Shown: positions 62,301 through 64,000 of the stretch, piece after piece
How the letters are laid out: the number at the start of each line of letters is the position of its first letter
How positions within the stretch are numbered: the stretch's first letter is position 1
Origin: Asterias rubens
Lineage: Eukaryota
DNA: 64,000 nucleotides
Direction of reading: 5' to 3'
Assembly: GCF_902459465.1 (NCBI RefSeq)
Contig: NC_047074.1
Location: 1,550,001 to 1,614,000, forward strand
Position numbers and translations under genes: made by a program
Notes under the pieces: generated by a model
Database searches by the model: none
Told to the model about the DNA's origin: nothing
The model's input: the letters and a program-made list of their open reading frames with translations, nothing else

Positions 62301-63651
62301 GCACTGGATCGCAATTGCCAGCGACTATGACGATGGCGTTGCGTTCTGGAGTGACGCAAACCACAAGAGAATAATGAAGGGTGGACTGCATGAGGGCGCT
62401 ACAGCTTCACCGGTCTTCGATGGTACATCTTCAACTGTGGACGGTAACAGACATTTCTTAATGTTTAATCTAAAAATAGTCAACAAAATGGCTGACCATG
62501 CAAAGGGCGAATGCGTGCATCGTGTGGTTTCAACTTCATATTATTATGACTCTTCAAAGGTACTTTTGCAATGTCGTATTGTTATCACTGCACAGCAATT
62601 CTTCCTGGTACATAAGTGACCTCAGATGCAGGAAGTGGTATTTGGGTCAGGCCTCCCGATCCCCAGCAATGTTTTTTATCGGTTCAGCAAATCTAAACTT
62701 ATCCAATCCGGGTGTGCTTTGGAGGTTAACAGTTAGATTGTTGTTATTAACAAACACCATTGTTAATCTGAGGAGATTACTGGTGATAAAGTTCTTATAC
62801 ATGACTCCCTTTTCTGTGAAATACGTCCTCTGAAGAAGTCATTTTTCAATACAAAAGTATATAGGCTATCTAAAAAAAAAATTAAACAACACAAACACAA
62901 ACAAACAAAACCGCACCAGATTCGGTTTAAATAATCGAATTTATGCGTTTGCAAGCGGAAATAAATCATGGTAGCATAATATTACGGCCAAGCCAATTGT
63001 GAAATATTTTCAGCACAAGTTCGTTCGTCTTATGTTGCATAACAAAATGATGCTGTTATTACATTTTGTTGGCTCTACCGATCCTGATGTAGGGCCGTTC
63101 GGAGGAAGGCTACAGGACTAATCGGTCATGGCCGCATAAAACAGTCCTAAAAAAAAAGGCCCTTCAGCACACGTTTCGAAAGCAGGAAATAGAATGAGCT
63201 TCGTTGGCTCACACAGATGGACTCAGCACTCGACTGCCTTGAAACTTACGCGGACATAAAACGAGAAGGCCGAGGCCCGAAATTTCACTGTGTAGCTGTC
63301 AAAAACTATCTGGAGACATTGCCACTGCATGCTTCTTGAAATGTTATGCGATATATTTATGCGTACAATTTGTAGACCCCCTCTCCCCAATGGCTTCACA
63401 GCATTGCTGAAACTTGAAAAGTTTGTGTGCATGTGACGGCTGTGTTTCAACCACTTGTAATGAGGAAACGTTTTATGCAAAATTTCATTGATTATAGGCA
63501 TCGCCGTTGATTGGCTGGCGAACAATGTCTACTGGGCGGACGCGGCCTATAATTGGATAATAGTTGCGGATTATGACATCACCAGGTTCAAGATTGTCAT
63601 CGACGATGGCCTCGACAAGCCCCGAGGAATAGCAGTTTATCCACAACTAGG
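59348..63651 (+). CDS. LDL-receptor-related (YWTD beta-propeller) protein, 3' partial; exons 59348-59402, 61536-61684, 62263-62443, 63498-63651
   Basis: Signal peptide MSQFLAFVYGIVLTIGNAG. Propeller blades AFWSD and GIAVDWLANNVYWAD...GLDKPRGIAVYPQLG. Intron phases 1, 0, 1 are consistent. The gene continues beyond the window. Confidence 0.85.
60665..61372. repeat. Tandem array of six ~120-bp units in LRP intron 1
   Basis: caagttctgttttcaaattcc occurs at 60673, 60790, 60906, 61028, 61150 and 61271. Confidence 0.9.
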
Positions 63652-64000
63652 GTAAGGAATTTTTACCCAGTATAATTTCAACGCCTTGTTGTCTCCACCA
63701 AAATGAAAAAATCATTGTATTGTGCACGATTGAACAAAGAGGGCGGTGTTTAATGCGATGGTACGAAGCCCAGACTCTTTTTAGAGGAATTCATCAAATG
63801 ATGTGCGGGGGGTCAGACTACTGTTAAGTGTCAAAAACATTTAACAGGCGGAAGCTTCAAAACACTCGGAGTTGGGTAGGTTTCGAGTTTTTGTCAACTA
63901 ATTATCTTTTTTCATGAGCTTGTTTGTGTGGTGCATTTTGAAAGAGGGTTGGTATAGATGTGAGAAGATACGGATAACTTTCCGTATGGCGTCACCACTT

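Overview
AT-rich, intron-containing animal genomic DNA. The gene content and repeat landscape suggest an invertebrate deuterostome, probably an echinoderm such as a sea star (inference only). I assembled nine protein-coding genes by hand from GT-AG boundaries and reading-frame continuity: CREG1-like (+, 5' partial), UBXN7 (-), IWS1 (+), cyclin B3 (-), an intronless C-type-lectin/PAN gene (+) apparently nested in the cyclin B3 5'-UTR intron, an 11-exon seven-transmembrane gustatory-receptor-like (GRL/7TMIC) candidate (+), a ~1230-aa N-myristoylation-motif/Q-rich/MYND-finger protein (+), a PID1-like PTB adaptor (-), and the 5' part of a YWTD beta-propeller LRP-family receptor (+). Genes mostly alternate in orientation, with three apparent head-to-head pairs. 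Introns are full of TTAA-flanked (Kolobok-type) and Harbinger-type MITEs, tRNA-derived SINEs and L2 remnants. Top leads are the GRL candidate sharing a promoter region with cyclin B3, a ~330-bp dispersed element that begins with a minimal hammerhead ribozyme (retrozyme/Penelope-like), the PTB adaptor head-to-head with an LRP receptor, and the orphan Q-rich MYND protein. No database searches or folding programs were run; family calls come from recognised motifs.
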